Numbered from the stretch's first letter, positions 40,126 to 52,085 are shown. The stretch: 64,000 nt of DNA from Marispirochaeta sp. (GCA_963676835.2 CAXXFF010000002.1:1600001-1664000), one strand, 5' to 3'. Notes: generated by a model from the sequence alone, not told the origin. Translations and numbers: made by a program.

Positions 40126-40950
40126 ATGGGAATCAAGAAATATAAGCCGAGGACGCCGGCTCTGCGGTTTAAGACCTCGCTTACTTTTGAAGAGATTACC
40201 ACCAACAAGGCAGAAAAGAGCCTGACTTCTGGAAAGTTTCAGAAAGCAGGCCGTGGAGCCGGTGGACGTATCAGTGTGCGTCGCCGTGGTGGTGGTCACA
40301 AGAAGAAATACAGAACTATCGATTTTAAACGCGAAAAGTTCGGTGTACCTGGAAAAGTAGCAACTATTGAATACGATCCGAACCGGAGTGCCAATATTGC
40401 ACTTATCAACTATGCAGACGGTGAAAAGAGATACATTCTCGCTCCCCGTGGGCTGAAGGTTGGTATGACTGTTGTAAGTGGCGAAAATGCTCCCAAGGAA
40501 GTTGGTAACGCTCTTCCGCTGGAGGCAATAAACCTCGGTATGACGGTTCATAATATCGAGATGCAGCAGGGTAAAGGCGGTCAGCTTGTACGTTCTGCGG
40601 GTCTCGGAGCTACTATCGTTGCAAAAGAAGACGACTACGTTACTCTTAAGCTTCCTTCCGGGGAAATGCGCATGATCTTCAAGAAGTGCATGGCAACTCT
40701 TGGAGTCGTTGGAAATGAGGATCACATGAACGTATCTATCGGTAAAGCCGGACGTTCACGTTGGCTCGGTAAAAGGCCTAAGGTCCGCGGTGTAGTTATG
40801 AACCCTGTCGATCACCCCCATGGTGGTGGTGAGGGTCGTACTTCCGGCGGTCGCCATCCTGTTACTCCCTGGGGTAAACCCACCAAGGGATATAAGACCA
40901 GGAAGAAGAGCAAATCCTCTAGCAAGTTCATCGTTAAGAAGCGGAAATAG
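40126..40950 (+). CDS. rplB: 50S ribosomal protein L2
   Basis: [21 protein letters not shown]. Confidence 0.99.
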   Translation: MGIKKYKPRTPALRFKTSLTFEEITTNKAEKSLTSGKFQKAGRGAGGRISVRRRGGGHKKKYRTIDFKREKFGVPGKVATIEYDPNRSANIALINYADGEKRYILAPRGLKVGMTVVSGENAPKEVGNALPLEAINLGMTVHNIEMQQGKGGQLVRSAGLGATIVAKEDDYVTLKLPSGEMRMIFKKCMATLGVVGNEDHMNVSIGKAGRSRWLGKRPKVRGVVMNPVDHPHGGGEGRTSGGRHPVTPWGKPTKGYKTRKKSKSSSKFIVKKRK

Positions 40951-40959
40951 GAGAGAGTA

Positions 40960-41241
40960 GTGGCGCGTTCTATAAAGAAAGGACCATTTATCGAGAAAAA
41001 GCTGTATAAGCGGATTCTTGAAATGAGCAAATCCGGTGAAAAGCGGATGATTAAGACCTACTCCAGGTGTTCAACAATTATCCCGGAGATGGTTGGTTTG
41101 ACTCTCTCTGTTTATAATGGAAAGAGTTGGGTGCCGGTATATGTTACCGAAAACCTCGTTGGTCACAAGCTTGGAGAATTTTCTCCAACCAGGATTTTTC
41201 GTGGTCACGCCGGGTCTGATAAAAAGGCCGGTAAGAGGTAG
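40960..41241 (+). CDS. rpsS: 30S ribosomal protein S19
   Basis: [22 protein letters not shown] start. Confidence 0.99.
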   Translation: MARSIKKGPFIEKKLYKRILEMSKSGEKRMIKTYSRCSTIIPEMVGLTLSVYNGKSWVPVYVTENLVGHKLGEFSPTRIFRGHAGSDKKAGKR

Positions 41242-41253
41242 GTGAGGCAGAGT

Positions 41254-41616
41254 ATGGAAGCAAAGAAAGGATATAAAGCCAATATCCGTCACGTGCTTAT
41301 TGCACCGACAAAGCTAAGACGTGTAGCTAATGTTGTACGTAACAAGCCCTATGTTGAAGCTGTAGCTATCCTCGAGGCACTGCCTCAGAAGGGAGCAAAA
41401 CTGCTCAACAAGGCAATACATTCAGCAGCAGCCAACGCTTTGGTACAGAACAAGCAGCTCGATGAAGAGATGCTCTACATAAAAGAGCTTCAGATTAACG
41501 AAGGTCCGAGACTTCGCCGTCTCTGGGCAAGGGCTCGCGGTAAAAGGGATATCCTCCTTAAGCGCATGAGTCATATTTCGGTTGTCGTAGACGAGCTTGC
41601 GGGAATGGGGGAATAA
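41254..41616 (+). CDS. rplV: 50S ribosomal protein L22
   Basis: SAAANA, EGPRL..RARG and SHI. Start set at ATG 41254. Confidence 0.97.
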   Translation: MEAKKGYKANIRHVLIAPTKLRRVANVVRNKPYVEAVAILEALPQKGAKLLNKAIHSAAANALVQNKQLDEEMLYIKELQINEGPRLRRLWARARGKRDILLKRMSHISVVVDELAGMGE

Positions 41617-41617
41617 G

Positions 41618-42322
41618 ATGGGTCAGAAAGTTAATCCCATTGGATTGCGTTTAGGAATCAACAAGACTTGGTCATCAAAATGGTATGTTGACCCCCGGGA
41701 ATATGCAGACACTCTGCACGAAGACCTGGCCCTGAGAAAAGCCCTTGCAGATTCGCCTGAAGCTCAGGGTGCTGAAATTGCTGAAGTAGAAATCATTCGT
41801 CATCCCCAGAGGATCACAATTGTAATTCATACTTCACGCCCTGGTGTGATTATTGGAGCAAAAGGCGCAAATATCGAAAAGGTTGGCGCAAATCTCCAGA
41901 AAATTGCAAATAAGAAAATACAGCTGAAAATCAAGGAAGTGAAACGTCCTGAGGTAAATGCTCAGATCGTAGCACTTAATATTGCCCGTCAGCTTAAAGC
42001 CCGGGGTTCTTTCCGGAGAGCTTTGAAAATGGCGGTCAATAATGCAATGAAAGCTGGAGTTCAGGGTATCAAAGTCCGCGTCTCAGGCCGTCTTGGCGGT
42101 GCTGAAATGTCCCGTACTGAACAGTACAAGGACGGAAGAGTGCCACTTCATACACTTCGTGCAAATATCGATTACGGTACAGCGGAAGCTGATACAACAT
42201 TCGGTATTATCGGAGTCAAGGTCTGGGTATTTACCGGTGAGGTATACCGGAGAGACCGGAAAGAAGACGCCGGACTTCTGGTTCGGAAAAAGAAGACTCC
42301 CGCTGCGGCAGAGAGGGGTTGA
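41618..42322 (+). CDS. rpsC: 30S ribosomal protein S3
   Basis: [21 protein letters not shown] and PLHTLRA. Confidence 0.99.
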   Translation: MGQKVNPIGLRLGINKTWSSKWYVDPREYADTLHEDLALRKALADSPEAQGAEIAEVEIIRHPQRITIVIHTSRPGVIIGAKGANIEKVGANLQKIANKKIQLKIKEVKRPEVNAQIVALNIARQLKARGSFRRALKMAVNNAMKAGVQGIKVRVSGRLGGAEMSRTEQYKDGRVPLHTLRANIDYGTAEADTTFGIIGVKVWVFTGEVYRRDRKEDAGLLVRKKKTPAAAERG

Positions 42323-42325
42323 TAG

Positions 42326-42748
42326 ATGCTTAGTCCTAAGAGAACGAAATACAGGAAACAGCACCGTCAGGTTCGTCGCCTAAAGAAGGTGGCAACCCGG
42401 GGTAACAAGATTTCCTTTGGTGATTTTGCACTGGTTGCGCTGGAAGGTGAGTGGATAACCAACCGTCAGATCGAAGCAGCCCGTATCGCGATGACCCGTC
42501 ACGTTAAGCGTGGTGGTAAAGTCTGGATTCGGATCTTCCCTGATTTTCCCTACACAAAAAAGCCGGCGGAAACCCGAATGGGTAAAGGTAAGGGTAACCC
42601 CGAAGCATGGGTTGCTGTAGTAAAAGAGGGAACAGTAATGTTTGAAATGGCCGGAGTTCCTCTGGAACTCGCCCGAGAGGCGATGAAGCTGGCCGATTCA
42701 AAGCTTCCCATCAAGACAAAGTTCGCTGTACGGCGGGATCTGGAGTAG
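42326..42748 (+). CDS. rplP: 50S ribosomal protein L16
   Basis: QIEAAR; RMGKGKG. Confidence 0.99.
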   Translation: MLSPKRTKYRKQHRQVRRLKKVATRGNKISFGDFALVALEGEWITNRQIEAARIAMTRHVKRGGKVWIRIFPDFPYTKKPAETRMGKGKGNPEAWVAVVKEGTVMFEMAGVPLELAREAMKLADSKLPIKTKFAVRRDLE

Positions 42749-42752
42749 CGGT

Positions 42753-42968
42753 ATGAAGAATACATTCTCTGATTTAAGTTACGATGAGCTGCTTCTTAAA
42801 AGGGAAGAGCTTAAGGCGAAACTGAGGGAACACCGCTTCAGCAAGGTTCTTGGCCATGTTGAGAATCCGCTTGAAAAGCGTAACCTTCGGCGTAGTATTG
42901 GACGGCTGAATACGATGATCCATGAGTATGCTCTGGGTATCAGGAAGCCGGAAGAAGGCAGGAAATAG
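42753..42968 (+). CDS. rpmC: 50S ribosomal protein L29
   Basis: ENP...RRSIGRLNT; position in the operon. Confidence 0.96.
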   Translation: MKNTFSDLSYDELLLKREELKAKLREHRFSKVLGHVENPLEKRNLRRSIGRLNTMIHEYALGIRKPEEGRK

Positions 42969-42970
42969 GT

Positions 42971-43261
42971 ATGGATGCTGTAGAAAAAACTACTCCTGAA
43001 CAGGGAGAACAGAAGGCCAACAAAAAGGTTTATACCGGAGTTGTCGTGAGTGACAAGATGGAGAAGTCCATTGTAATAAAGGTATCTACCAGGCAGCTGC
43101 ACCCTCTGTACAAGAAGTACGTGGCTCGTTCTAAGAAATTTATGGCCCACGACGAAAATAACGAAGCGCATATCGGCGATACTGTACGGATTATCGAGTC
43201 CCGTCCGATGAGCAAAAACAAAGCCTGGATGCTTGAAGAAATTGTGGAGCGCGCTAAATAG
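42971..43261 (+). CDS. rpsQ: 30S ribosomal protein S17
   Basis: [20 protein letters not shown] and ESRPMSK. Confidence 0.99.
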   Translation: MDAVEKTTPEQGEQKANKKVYTGVVVSDKMEKSIVIKVSTRQLHPLYKKYVARSKKFMAHDENNEAHIGDTVRIIESRPMSKNKAWMLEEIVERAK

Positions 43262-43292
43262 TAGAGCGCAGGCCAAGGGGAGATAGATAATC

Positions 43293-43661
43293 ATGGTACA
43301 GATGCAGACATATCTTAATGTTGCAGATAACTCCGGCGCTAAGCGGGTCCAGTGTATTAAAGTACTGGGCGGAAGTAAGCGCAAATATGCCGGAGTGGGT
43401 GACATTATTGTAGTCGCAGTTAAGGATGCCCTTCCTAATGCGGCGATAAAGAGCGGAGATGTGCAGAAGGCTGTTATTGTTCGGACAAAGAAAGAGTACC
43501 GTCGTGTAGACGGAACATACATTCGGTTCGATGACAATGCCTGCGTAATCATTGACGCCAACCAGAACCCCCGGGGAAAACGTATCTTCGGACCGGTTGC
43601 ACGTGAACTTCGTGATACCGGTTTTATGAAAATCGTTTCCCTTGCCCCCGAGGTTCTCTAA
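43293..43661 (+). CDS. rplN: 50S ribosomal protein L14
   Basis: [17 protein letters not shown]. Confidence 0.99.
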   Translation: MVQMQTYLNVADNSGAKRVQCIKVLGGSKRKYAGVGDIIVVAVKDALPNAAIKSGDVQKAVIVRTKKEYRRVDGTYIRFDDNACVIIDANQNPRGKRIFGPVARELRDTGFMKIVSLAPEVL

Positions 43662-43681
43662 GGGACTGGTGAGGTAAGAGT

Positions 43682-44002
43682 ATGAAAGAGAAGATGAAGA
43701 TCAAACTTAAAAAAGAAGATACGGTTCAGGTCGTATCCGGCAAAGATAAGGGCAAAAGCGGTAAGGTTCTCAGAATTGACCGCGTAAAGGGCCGGATTTA
43801 TGTTCAGGGCCTGAACATGGTAAAGAAGGCTGTAAAGCCGAAAAGCCAGCAGGATAAGGGCGGTATCATAGATATCGAAGCCGGACTTGCGGTATCCAAC
43901 GTAATGATTGTGTGTAAAAAATGCGGACCTACCAGAATCGGTATCAAAGTTGATGGCGATGCAAAGGTCAGAGTCTGCAGAAAGTGCGGGGAGGCCCTTT
44001 GA
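43682..44002 (+). CDS. rplX: 50S ribosomal protein L24
   Basis: KOW motif [13 protein letters not shown]. The start could be the second Met. Confidence 0.97.
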   Translation: MKEKMKIKLKKEDTVQVVSGKDKGKSGKVLRIDRVKGRIYVQGLNMVKKAVKPKSQQDKGGIIDIEAGLAVSNVMIVCKKCGPTRIGIKVDGDAKVRVCRKCGEAL

Positions 44003-44553
44003 TGGCTGAATATACACCTAGACTCAAGAAACTGTATCTGGATACGATCAGAAAAGAGCTGATCGATGAGTTTGGATACAAGTCTCCGATGCAGGTACCG
44101 CGCCTGGAAAAAATCAGCGTAAGCATCGGCGTCGGGGATGCCATTACAAACAAAAAGTTTCTTGAATCAGCAACTAAAGAGCTGGAACTTATTACCGGCC
44201 AGCATGCTGTAAAAACAAAAGCACGGAAATCTATTGCTAACTTCAAGTTGAGGGAAGGCATGGAGATCGGTGCGAAGGTTACCCTTCGTGGTAACTATAT
44301 GTGGGAGTTTCTTGAAAGACTCCTGAATGTTGCTCTTCCCCGTGTAAAGGACTTTCGGGGTGTTAATCCCAAAGCCTTCGACGGAAAGGGTAACTATTCT
44401 CTGGGTATCCAGGAGCAGATTATCTTCCCTGAGATAGACTTCGACAAGATTGAACGGGTAAGCGGCCTCAATGTGGCAATTGTTACCACTGCTTCTACAG
44501 ATGATGAATCCAGAAGCATGCTGCGCAAGCTCGGTATGCCCTTCAGGAAATAG
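44002..44553 (+). CDS. rplE: 50S ribosomal protein L5
   Basis: [20 protein letters not shown] and IFPEI. Start ATG 44002. Confidence 0.99.
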   Translation: MAEYTPRLKKLYLDTIRKELIDEFGYKSPMQVPRLEKISVSIGVGDAITNKKFLESATKELELITGQHAVKTKARKSIANFKLREGMEIGAKVTLRGNYMWEFLERLLNVALPRVKDFRGVNPKAFDGKGNYSLGIQEQIIFPEIDFDKIERVSGLNVAIVTTASTDDESRSMLRKLGMPFRK

Positions 44554-44564
44554 GAGTAGACGAG

Positions 44565-44750
44565 ATGGCAAAGAAATCAATGATAATCAAGGCTCAGCGT
44601 AAGCCTAAGTTCATGACCCGTAAGGTCAATCGCTGTCGCGTCTGCGGTAGACCCAGGGGTTTTATGCGGAAATTTCAGATGTGCAGGGTATGCTTTCGCA
44701 AATACGCAAGCGAAGGTCTTATCCCCGGCGTTACAAAATCGAGCTGGTGA
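44565..44750 (+). CDS. rpsN: 30S ribosomal protein S14, zinc-binding short type
   Basis: [14 protein letters not shown] and PGVTKSSW. Confidence 0.99.
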   Translation: MAKKSMIIKAQRKPKFMTRKVNRCRVCGRPRGFMRKFQMCRVCFRKYASEGLIPGVTKSSW

Positions 44751-44764
44751 GGGAGAAGATATAG

Positions 44765-45163
44765 ATGGCTGTTACCGATCCTGTAGCAGATATGCTAACA
44801 AAGATACGGAATGCGAGTAGTGCGCATTTCGACCGTGTTGATATTCTGACCTCTAAACTGAAGCTTGAAATTGTCAAGATACTCAAGAACGAGGGATACA
44901 TTAAAAACTTCAAGAAGACCACCATAGATGGAAACAACTATATCCGGATCTTCCTTAAGTTTGATGAGAAACAGAAACCGATTATTCACGGTATTAAGAA
45001 GATATCCACACCTGGTAGAAGAATTTATGCCGGTTACAAGAATCTCCCGAGAGTCTTTAACGGTTACGGAACTGTGATTGTTTCTACTTCCACCGGTGTA
45101 ACTACCGGAAAGAAGGCTGCCGAAAAGAAAGTCGGCGGCGAGATTCTTTGCTCAGTCTGGTAG
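44765..45163 (+). CDS. rpsH: 30S ribosomal protein S8
   Basis: [21 protein letters not shown] and GGE. Confidence 0.99.
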   Translation: MAVTDPVADMLTKIRNASSAHFDRVDILTSKLKLEIVKILKNEGYIKNFKKTTIDGNNYIRIFLKFDEKQKPIIHGIKKISTPGRRIYAGYKNLPRVFNGYGTVIVSTSTGVTTGKKAAEKKVGGEILCSVW

Positions 45164-45175
45164 AGGGGGGAAGGA

Positions 45176-45715
45176 ATGTCACGTGTAGGAAAACTGCCGA
45201 TAGAAATACCCAAGGGCGTAAAGGTAAACCAGAACGGTAATATCGTTGAGGTTGAAGGTCCCAAGGGGAAACTGTCTCAGGAAATTAAAGGTGCCCTGAA
45301 GATAAGTATAGGCGCCGAAGTGGTTCAGGTAGAGTGCGAAAGTACTGTAAAACAGGACAGAGCATATTTTGGTCTGTACAGGAATCTGATCCAGAACATG
45401 GTTACCGGTGTAAGTGCCGGTTTCAGTAAAACCCTGCTTATAAATGGTGTTGGATACAGAGCCGAGCTTAAGGGAAAAAGTCTTTCCCTTAACCTGGGAT
45501 ACTCAACAATGATCGAGTATATGATCAATGATGATGTTACCATCACTGTTGAAGGAAACAACAAGGTTGTAGTTTCCGGAATCGATAAACAGAAGGTCGG
45601 ACAGGCGGCTGCGGAAATACGATCACTTCGTGCTCCAGAACCCTATAAGGGAAAAGGAATCAGTTACGAAAATGAGTACATCCGCAGAAAAATCGGTAAG
45701 TCCGGTGTTAAGTAG
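45176..45715 (+). CDS. rplF: 50S ribosomal protein L6
   Basis: MSRVGK, GVGYRA and PEPYKGKG. Confidence 0.99.
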   Translation: MSRVGKLPIEIPKGVKVNQNGNIVEVEGPKGKLSQEIKGALKISIGAEVVQVECESTVKQDRAYFGLYRNLIQNMVTGVSAGFSKTLLINGVGYRAELKGKSLSLNLGYSTMIEYMINDDVTITVEGNNKVVVSGIDKQKVGQAAAEIRSLRAPEPYKGKGISYENEYIRRKIGKSGVK

Positions 45716-45727
45716 TAGGAAAGCGGG

Positions 45728-46087
45728 ATGAAGAAGATAGACGATAAAAATCGAAAAAGGCTGCAGCGAAAAAGGCATATCCGTAAATCCATTTACGGCA
45801 CTGCAGAGCGGCCTCGTATGACGGTTTTCCGCAGCAACAAGTACGTCTACATTCAGGTTGTTGACGATGATAAAGGCGTCACAATTGCTGCTGTTAACAA
45901 CCGGCAGAAAGAGAATGTTGAGCTTAAGACCAATGTTGAAAATGCGTCAAAGCTTGGAGAAATGATCGGTACAAAGCTGAAGGAACAGTCCGTTGGAGCT
46001 GTTGTATTTGACAGAAACGGGTTTAAGTATCACGGCATCGTAAAGGCCATTGCCGACGGAGCCCGCAAAACCGGACTTCAGTTCTAG
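45728..46087 (+). CDS. rplR: 50S ribosomal protein L18
   Basis: [20 protein letters not shown]. Confidence 0.99.
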   Translation: MKKIDDKNRKRLQRKRHIRKSIYGTAERPRMTVFRSNKYVYIQVVDDDKGVTIAAVNNRQKENVELKTNVENASKLGEMIGTKLKEQSVGAVVFDRNGFKYHGIVKAIADGARKTGLQF

Positions 46088-46093
46088 GGGGAT

Positions 46094-46615
46094 ATGGTGG
46101 AAAGACGTGATCGTGATAATAGAGATAGAGAGCGGGATAAAGAGTTTACTGAAAAACTTATCAAGCTCAACCGTGTAGCCAAGGTTGTAAAGGGTGGACG
46201 CCGGTTCTCCTTCTCTGCACTTGTTGTGGTGGGAGATCAGAAAGGACGGGTTGGACTCGGTTTCGGTAAAGCCAACGATGTAACTGAAGCTATCCGGAAA
46301 AGTATCGAAAAGGCGAAGAAAAACATGATTACCCTGCCCTTGAAAAATGGTACACTTCCTCATGAAGTTATCGGAAAATTCAAGAGCGCTGAAGTTCTCA
46401 TGAAACCTGCAGCACCCGGTACCGGAGTAATTGCCGGTGGACCTGTCCGTGCTGTTATGGATGTAAGCGGTGTTACAGATATCCTGAGCAAGTCTCTAGG
46501 TTCAAAAAACACCATCAACATCGTTAAGGCAGTTTTTGCCGGATTCGAAAATATCATGGATGCAAAGCAGGTCGCACGTAACCGCGGCAAAAGCCTTGTG
46601 GAGATGTGGGGGTAG
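46094..46615 (+). CDS. rpsE: 30S ribosomal protein S5
   Basis: [18 protein letters not shown]. Confidence 0.99.
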   Translation: MVERRDRDNRDRERDKEFTEKLIKLNRVAKVVKGGRRFSFSALVVVGDQKGRVGLGFGKANDVTEAIRKSIEKAKKNMITLPLKNGTLPHEVIGKFKSAEVLMKPAAPGTGVIAGGPVRAVMDVSGVTDILSKSLGSKNTINIVKAVFAGFENIMDAKQVARNRGKSLVEMWG

Positions 46616-46617
46616 TA

Positions 46618-46797
46618 ATGAAACTGCGTATTCAGCTTGTAAAGAGCGTTATTGGACGACCTGAAAAGCAGCGCAAGGTAGTTGCCTCTCTTGGTCTCAA
46701 GAAGCTGAACAGTACCGTAGAGCAGGAGGACAGCCCTTCTATTCTCGGTATGATCACCAAGGTTTCTCACCTGCTTAAGGTGGAGGAGATCAAATAG
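46618..46797 (+). CDS. rpmD: 50S ribosomal protein L30
   Basis: KSVIG, LGLKK and GMI.KVSHL. Start ATG 46618. Confidence 0.97.
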   Translation: MKLRIQLVKSVIGRPEKQRKVVASLGLKKLNSTVEQEDSPSILGMITKVSHLLKVEEIK

Positions 46798-47277
46798 ATG
46801 GAACTGCACGCACCCAAAGGGTCAACAAAGAATAAAATTATCAAAGGCCGGGGTAATTCCGCCCGTAAGGGTAGAACCGCCGGTAAAGGTAATAACGGAC
46901 AGAACGCCAGGTCCGGTGGTGGTGTACGCCCCGGATTTGAAGGTGGACAGATGCCTCTCTACCGGCGTATTGCCAGAAGAGGTTTTTCCAACTACCACTT
47001 CAAAAAAGAGTATCAGGCTGTTAACCTTGTGCAGATAGAAAAATTCTATGCTGACGGGGAAACAGTCAACCTTGAGTCTCTTAAGGCTAAAGGGCTTGTC
47101 AAAGGTAAGCAGGTTCTGGTTAAGATCCTCGGAAACGGTGATATATCCAAAAAGGTAACTGTAGATATTGAAAAAGTATCTGCATCTGCCAGAGAAAAGA
47201 TCACCAAGGCCGGTGGTACTGTTACTGCTGCAGCTGAGGAAAAAAAATCAGACGAAACTGAAAATCAGGGCGAATAG
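46798..47277 (+). CDS. rplO: 50S ribosomal protein L15
   Basis: GFEGGQMPL; KILGNG. Confidence 0.99.
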   Translation: MELHAPKGSTKNKIIKGRGNSARKGRTAGKGNNGQNARSGGGVRPGFEGGQMPLYRRIARRGFSNYHFKKEYQAVNLVQIEKFYADGETVNLESLKAKGLVKGKQVLVKILGNGDISKKVTVDIEKVSASAREKITKAGGTVTAAAEEKKSDETENQGE

Positions 47278-47289
47278 GGTTAATTCAAA

Positions 47290-48612
47290 ATGGCGACGAA
47301 TCCGTTAGTTGATATTTTTCGTATACGAGACCTGCGTCAGAGAATCATGTTTACACTGGGGATGCTGGTTGTTTTCCGCCTGGGAGCCAACCTTCCCATT
47401 CCCGGGATTAACGTAAAGGCATTGAATCTCTACTTTATGTCTCAGCAGAGCGGTACAGGAGTAGGTATTACAGAATATATCGACTTCTTTGCGGGTGGAG
47501 CGTTTAAAAACTTTTCCATCTTCATGCTGGGAATCATGCCCTATATTTCCACCTCTATTATCATGCAGCTGCTTGTGCTGGTATTTCCCAGTCTCAAGAA
47601 GATCAGCGAGCAGGAGGGAGGCCGTAAGAAGATTCAGCGTTATACACGCTACGGTACGGTGGTTATCTGTCTGGTACAGTCATATGCGGTTACCATATAT
47701 GCAAACCAGATTCCAGATGCTATAAATATGAACAGGGCGGCATACACTTTTGTAGCCATGCTTACTGTTACTGCCGGTACTATCTTCCTTATGTGGATCG
47801 GTGAGCAGATAACCCAGAGGGGTATCGGTAACGGAATTTCTCTGATAATATTTGCCGGTATAGTTGCCAGAATGCCCGGGGCTTTTGTAACCCTGGTGGA
47901 AAAAGTCCAGATCGGGGAACTTAACCCTGTATTTGTAATTCTTGTGCTGGGTATGTTTATCGCGGTTATAGCTCTGGTAATCTATGAGCAGCAGGGCCAG
48001 CGTAAAATCCCGGTTCAATATGCAAAGCGCGTTGTTGGACGGAGAATGTATGGTGCACAGAACACCTATATTCCTTTCAAGATTAACCCTTCCGGGGTTA
48101 TTCCGGTAATTTTTGCATCCAGTGTACTTACCTTCCCGCTACAGCTGGCAGGTAACCTTGGATCAAAGATCAGCTGGCTTGGTGCTTTCAGCAGCTGGCT
48201 GAGACCCAACGGTCTGCCTTATCTTGTGGCATATACCCTGCTGATTGTTTTCTTTGCATATTTTTATACGCAGGTTACCCTGAACCCTCAGGAGATTGCA
48301 AAGCAGATTCGTGAAAACGGCGGTTCTATCCCCGGAATCCGAACTGATAAAATTGAAGAGCACCTGAACACAATCCTGAGCAGGATTATATTGCCTGGAG
48401 CACTGTTTCTGGCATTTATTGCTGTTATTCCGTCGATTGTGCAGATTCTCTTTAACTTCCCTGCCCAGGTGGCTATGCTTATGGGCGGAACTTCACTGCT
48501 GATTATGGTAGGTGTTGACCTTGATACCATGTCGCAGATTGAAGGGCATCTGAAGATGCATCATCATGACGGCCTGGTCAAGAAAGGCAAAATTAGGTCC
48601 AGAAACCTATAA
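47290..48612 (+). CDS. secY: Preprotein translocase SecY
   Basis: LGIMPYI, GIGNGISL, GVIPVIFASS and GGTSLLI. Confidence 0.99.
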   Translation: MATNPLVDIFRIRDLRQRIMFTLGMLVVFRLGANLPIPGINVKALNLYFMSQQSGTGVGITEYIDFFAGGAFKNFSIFMLGIMPYISTSIIMQLLVLVFPSLKKISEQEGGRKKIQRYTRYGTVVICLVQSYAVTIYANQIPDAINMNRAAYTFVAMLTVTAGTIFLMWIGEQITQRGIGNGISLIIFAGIVARMPGAFVTLVEKVQIGELNPVFVILVLGMFIAVIALVIYEQQGQRKIPVQYAKRVVGRRMYGAQNTYIPFKINPSGVIPVIFASSVLTFPLQLAGNLGSKISWLGAFSSWLRPNGLPYLVAYTLLIVFFAYFYTQVTLNPQEIAKQIRENGGSIPGIRTDKIEEHLNTILSRIILPGALFLAFIAVIPSIVQILFNFPAQVAMLMGGTSLLIMVGVDLDTMSQIEGHLKMHHHDGLVKKGKIRSRNL

Positions 48613-48624
48613 GGGGATTTACTT

Positions 48625-48738
48625 ATGAAGGTAAGAGTGAGCGTAAAACCTATGTGTGATAAATGCAAGGTTATAAAAAGACGGGGTGTTGTACGAATTA
48701 TCTGCGACAATCCCAAACACAAACAGCGCCAGAAGTAG
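48625..48738 (+). CDS. rpmJ: 50S ribosomal protein L36 (not in the ORF track)
   Basis: Manual translation [37 protein letters not shown]. Confidence 0.98.
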   Translation: MKVRVSVKPMCDKCKVIKRRGVVRIICDNPKHKQRQK

Positions 48739-48749
48739 GAGTACCGTAA

Positions 48750-49124
48750 ATGGCACGTATATCAGGTATCGACCTTCCGAATAAAATGACCAAGATCGCC
48801 CTGACCTATATCTATGGTATTGGTCGTTCATTGGCGATGGAAGTATGTGAAAAAACGGGTATTGATCCCGATTCTAAAATAAATGATCTGTCAGCAGAGG
48901 ACATAAACAAAATCCGTCAGCTGCTTGATAACGAGTACACAGTCGAAGGACGTCTTCGTACCCAGACTGCACTCAATATCAAGCGTCTTATGGATATCGG
49001 TTGCTATCGCGGCTTACGGCACCGTCGTGGACTTCCTCTTCGCGGCCAGAGAACCAAAACCAACGCGCGTACCCGTAAAGGTAAGCGGAAGACCGTCGCC
49101 AACAAGAAGAAAGCGACCAAGTAG
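48750..49124 (+). CDS. rpsM: 30S ribosomal protein S13
   Basis: YIYGIG, YRGLRH and [11 protein letters not shown]. Confidence 0.99.
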   Translation: MARISGIDLPNKMTKIALTYIYGIGRSLAMEVCEKTGIDPDSKINDLSAEDINKIRQLLDNEYTVEGRLRTQTALNIKRLMDIGCYRGLRHRRGLPLRGQRTKTNARTRKGKRKTVANKKKATK

Positions 49125-49139
49125 TCAAAGGAGCAGACA

Positions 49140-49520
49140 TTGGCTAAGGTTAAGAAGAAGAAAGAGAAAAAGACGGTATACGAAGGTCAGGTCTTTATTC
49201 AGGCTACTTTCAATAATACCATCGTTACTATCACCGATATGACCGGAAACGCCGTTTCCTGGGCATCCGCCGGCGGTCTTGGCTTTAAAGGAGCCAAGAA
49301 ATCCACACCTTATGCAGCTCAGACTACTGCTGAAACTGCTGCAAAAAAAGCTATGGATTTCGGTCTCCGGGAAGTGCATGTTATGGTTAAGGGACCTGGA
49401 ATGGGACGTGAGTCCGCTATCCGCTCCCTGGGAACCCTCGGTCTTACTGTAAAAAGTATCCGTGATATTACTCCCATTCCCCATAACGGTTGTCGGCCCC
49501 GAAAGAGCAGACGGGTATAA
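49140..49520 (+). CDS. rpsK: 30S ribosomal protein S11
   Basis: FNNTI, KSTPYAA and PHNGCRP. TTG start. Confidence 0.99.
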   Translation: MAKVKKKKEKKTVYEGQVFIQATFNNTIVTITDMTGNAVSWASAGGLGFKGAKKSTPYAAQTTAETAAKKAMDFGLREVHVMVKGPGMGRESAIRSLGTLGLTVKSIRDITPIPHNGCRPRKSRRV

Positions 49521-49532
49521 GGAGTTATTGAA

Positions 49533-50168
49533 ATGGCAAGATACGTAGGACCCAGCTGTCGGCTCTGCCGGGCTGAAAAAACAAAGCTGTTTCTTAAGGG
49601 TGACAGGTGTAACAGCCCTAAATGCCCTATTAATAAGAAAAGGCCTTCTCCCGGTAAAGGCCCCCGTGAGCGGATGAAAAAAATGTCCGACTATGGAATT
49701 CAGCTTCGGGAAAAGCAGAAACTGAAAAGAATGTACATGCTGCTTGAGAAGCAGTTTAAGATTCTCTTCAACAAGGCTGAAAGAATGCAGGGCATTACCG
49801 GTGAAAACCTGATATCACTGCTCGAAAGCAGACTTGATAACATGGTATACCGCCTTCATTTCGCTTCATCGCGGAATCAGGCCCGACAGCTTGTAAACCA
49901 CGGTCATATCCGGGTAAACGGCAGAAGAGTTACCATACCTTCATACCTTGTTCGTGAAAACGATGTCATTGAGGTTCAGGAAGCCAGCCGCAAGCTGGTT
50001 AACATTAAAGAGAGCCTTAAGGTCTATTCACGGTCTGGTGTAAGCCCATGGCTTGAACTTAATCCGGACGAAATGAAGGGAAAAGTACTTGCTCTTCCCA
50101 GGCGTTCTGATGTTACTGAACTTGCAGAAGTTAAGGAACATTTGATCGTAGAGCTCTATTCTCGGTAA
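49533..50168 (+). CDS. rpsD: 30S ribosomal protein S4, zinc-binding type
   Basis: CRLCR...C...C, QLREKQK, LESRLDN and VELYSR. Confidence 0.99.
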   Translation: MARYVGPSCRLCRAEKTKLFLKGDRCNSPKCPINKKRPSPGKGPRERMKKMSDYGIQLREKQKLKRMYMLLEKQFKILFNKAERMQGITGENLISLLESRLDNMVYRLHFASSRNQARQLVNHGHIRVNGRRVTIPSYLVRENDVIEVQEASRKLVNIKESLKVYSRSGVSPWLELNPDEMKGKVLALPRRSDVTELAEVKEHLIVELYSR

Positions 50169-50177
50169 GGTGGTCAC

Positions 50178-51230
50178 ATGGCGCGCAAGAACTTAATGAA
50201 GGGATTCAAAAAACCGAAAGGAATTACATTCGAGCACTCGGATGTAAACCAGGACTATGGCAAATTTATCGCTTACCCCTTTGAGCGGGGGTTTGGTACG
50301 ACAATTGGCAACACCTTGCGCCGTGTATTACTCAGTTCGATTCAGGGTTATGCAATCACAGCTGTAAAAATAACCAGCTATGATGAAGAGGGTACTCCCC
50401 ATATAATCTCTTCCGAATTTGAAGCTATTCCTGAGGTTGTTGAGGATACTCCGGAGATCATAAATAGTCTTAAGAATCTTAAGATTAAACTGCCGAATGA
50501 CCTTGAGCAGAAAACTATCCTGGTTGAGTATAAAGGTGCCGGTGAAATTACCGGAGAAACAATCGGACAGGCATCGGATATTGAAGTAATAAACAAGGAT
50601 CTGAAGATTGCCACGCTGATGGAAAAAGCCAATATCGATCTGGAGATTCAGATTGATCTTGGACGCGGTTACATTCCTGCTGAAACAAACGAAAAATATA
50701 TCGATGTTATCGGCACGATACCTGTAGACGCAGTATTTTCACCGGTAAAGCGGGCAAAGTTTTCTATTGAAAACACCCGCGTAGGGCAGCGCAGTGACTA
50801 TGATAAGCTGGTGCTTGAGGTATACACAGACGGAACTATCTCTCCCGAGGATGCAGTTGCAGAAGCTGCAAAAATCGCCAAGGATCACTTCTGTATTTTT
50901 ATCAACTTCGATGAAGATTCAGTTACCGGTGATGATGAAATGGACGAAGAGGAAGAGAGGATCCGGGCAATCCTCGATACACCTGTCGAGGAACTTGAGC
51001 TGTCGGTTCGTTCCAGTAACTGTCTTAAGAATGCCAATATTAAAACTATTGGCGATCTGACAAGAAGAACAGAAGACGATATAGCCAAGACCCGTAATTT
51101 CGGTAAGAAATCTCTTACTGAAATCAAAGAGAAACTTCAGGAATGGAATTTGTACCTTGGAATGACTGATTACAGTGTTCTTAAGGATTCTGACAAATTC
51201 ATGAAAGGCACAGACGAAGATGAAGCATAG
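50178..51230 (+). CDS. rpoA: RNA polymerase alpha subunit
   Basis: [26 protein letters not shown] and NFGKKS. Confidence 0.99.
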   Translation: MARKNLMKGFKKPKGITFEHSDVNQDYGKFIAYPFERGFGTTIGNTLRRVLLSSIQGYAITAVKITSYDEEGTPHIISSEFEAIPEVVEDTPEIINSLKNLKIKLPNDLEQKTILVEYKGAGEITGETIGQASDIEVINKDLKIATLMEKANIDLEIQIDLGRGYIPAETNEKYIDVIGTIPVDAVFSPVKRAKFSIENTRVGQRSDYDKLVLEVYTDGTISPEDAVAEAAKIAKDHFCIFINFDEDSVTGDDEMDEEEERIRAILDTPVEELELSVRSSNCLKNANIKTIGDLTRRTEDDIAKTRNFGKKSLTEIKEKLQEWNLYLGMTDYSVLKDSDKFMKGTDEDEA

Positions 51231-51774
51231 AATCGGATTTAACCGCTTAAGCAGGAAAAGCAGCCACCGTAAGGCACTCTTACGGAATATGGTTACTTCC
51301 CTGTTTGATCATGAAAGGATTACCACAACCAAGGCTAAAGCCCTTGAAGCACGGCGACTGGCCGAAAAAATGATTACCCGGGGGAAAGCAGATTCCGTTC
51401 ACAACAGACGGATGATTGCGCGGAGAATCTGGGACAAGGGTATTGTAAACAAGCTCTTTACAGTTATCGGGCCCCGTTTTGTTAACCGTAATGGTGGGTA
51501 CACCCGTATCCTGAAAATCGGAAATCGACAGGGTGACGCCGCAGAAATGGTAATTCTTGAGCTCCTTGCAGAAGAGGATGCGCCTGTAAAAGAAAAGAAG
51601 GCGAAGAAGGCTCCTGCTAAAAAAGCTGCTCCTAAAGCTGAGGTGAAGGAAGAGGTTGTCGAAGAAAAGGCAGCTGAGGAAACCGTTGAAGCACCGGTGG
51701 AAGCAGAAGCTGCAGTTGAAACTGAAGAGAAAGCAGAAGATGCTGCTTCAGAAGAAAAACCTGCTGACGCATAG
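51220..51774 (+). CDS. rplQ: 50S ribosomal protein L17 with an Ala/Glu/Lys-rich C-terminal tail
   Basis: [18 protein letters not shown] and GDAA. Confidence 0.99.
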   Translation: MKHRIGFNRLSRKSSHRKALLRNMVTSLFDHERITTTKAKALEARRLAEKMITRGKADSVHNRRMIARRIWDKGIVNKLFTVIGPRFVNRNGGYTRILKIGNRQGDAAEMVILELLAEEDAPVKEKKAKKAPAKKAAPKAEVKEEVVEEKAAEETVEAPVEAEAAVETEEKAEDAASEEKPADA

Positions 51775-51795
51775 GAATCAAAACCTTATGATTAG

Positions 51796-51829
51796 AAGGC
51801 TGTCTGCTCCTGCAGGCAGCTTTTTTTTT
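51796..51829 (+). terminator. Intrinsic terminator of the ribosomal superoperon
   Basis: GCTGTCTGC/GCAGGCAGC stem followed by T9. Confidence 0.85.
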
Positions 51830-52085
51830 GAGTCTTAAAAAATTGTGATTTCTATAAGATGAAAAGACTTTAATGATTCCGCTAACGTTTGTAAAAACGG
51901 AACCATGGTAAGAGTGCCGTATTCCTAGTATTAACCTTATTTTCAGGAAAAGTGTGTTTGTTAATAATGTTGTAGATATTGTAGTTATACCTTCTTGTAT
52001 AGTCGGGCAGTATATTCTTTAATAAAGACCATTACATACCGATACTGAGAAAAGGATTATAGGCAAAGGGGTTTTTTACTAAAGA

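Noticed and set aside
51570..51774. Low-complexity tail of L17 as a novel domain
   Set aside because: Ala/Glu/Lys-rich L17 extensions are common and this one carries no discernible motif.
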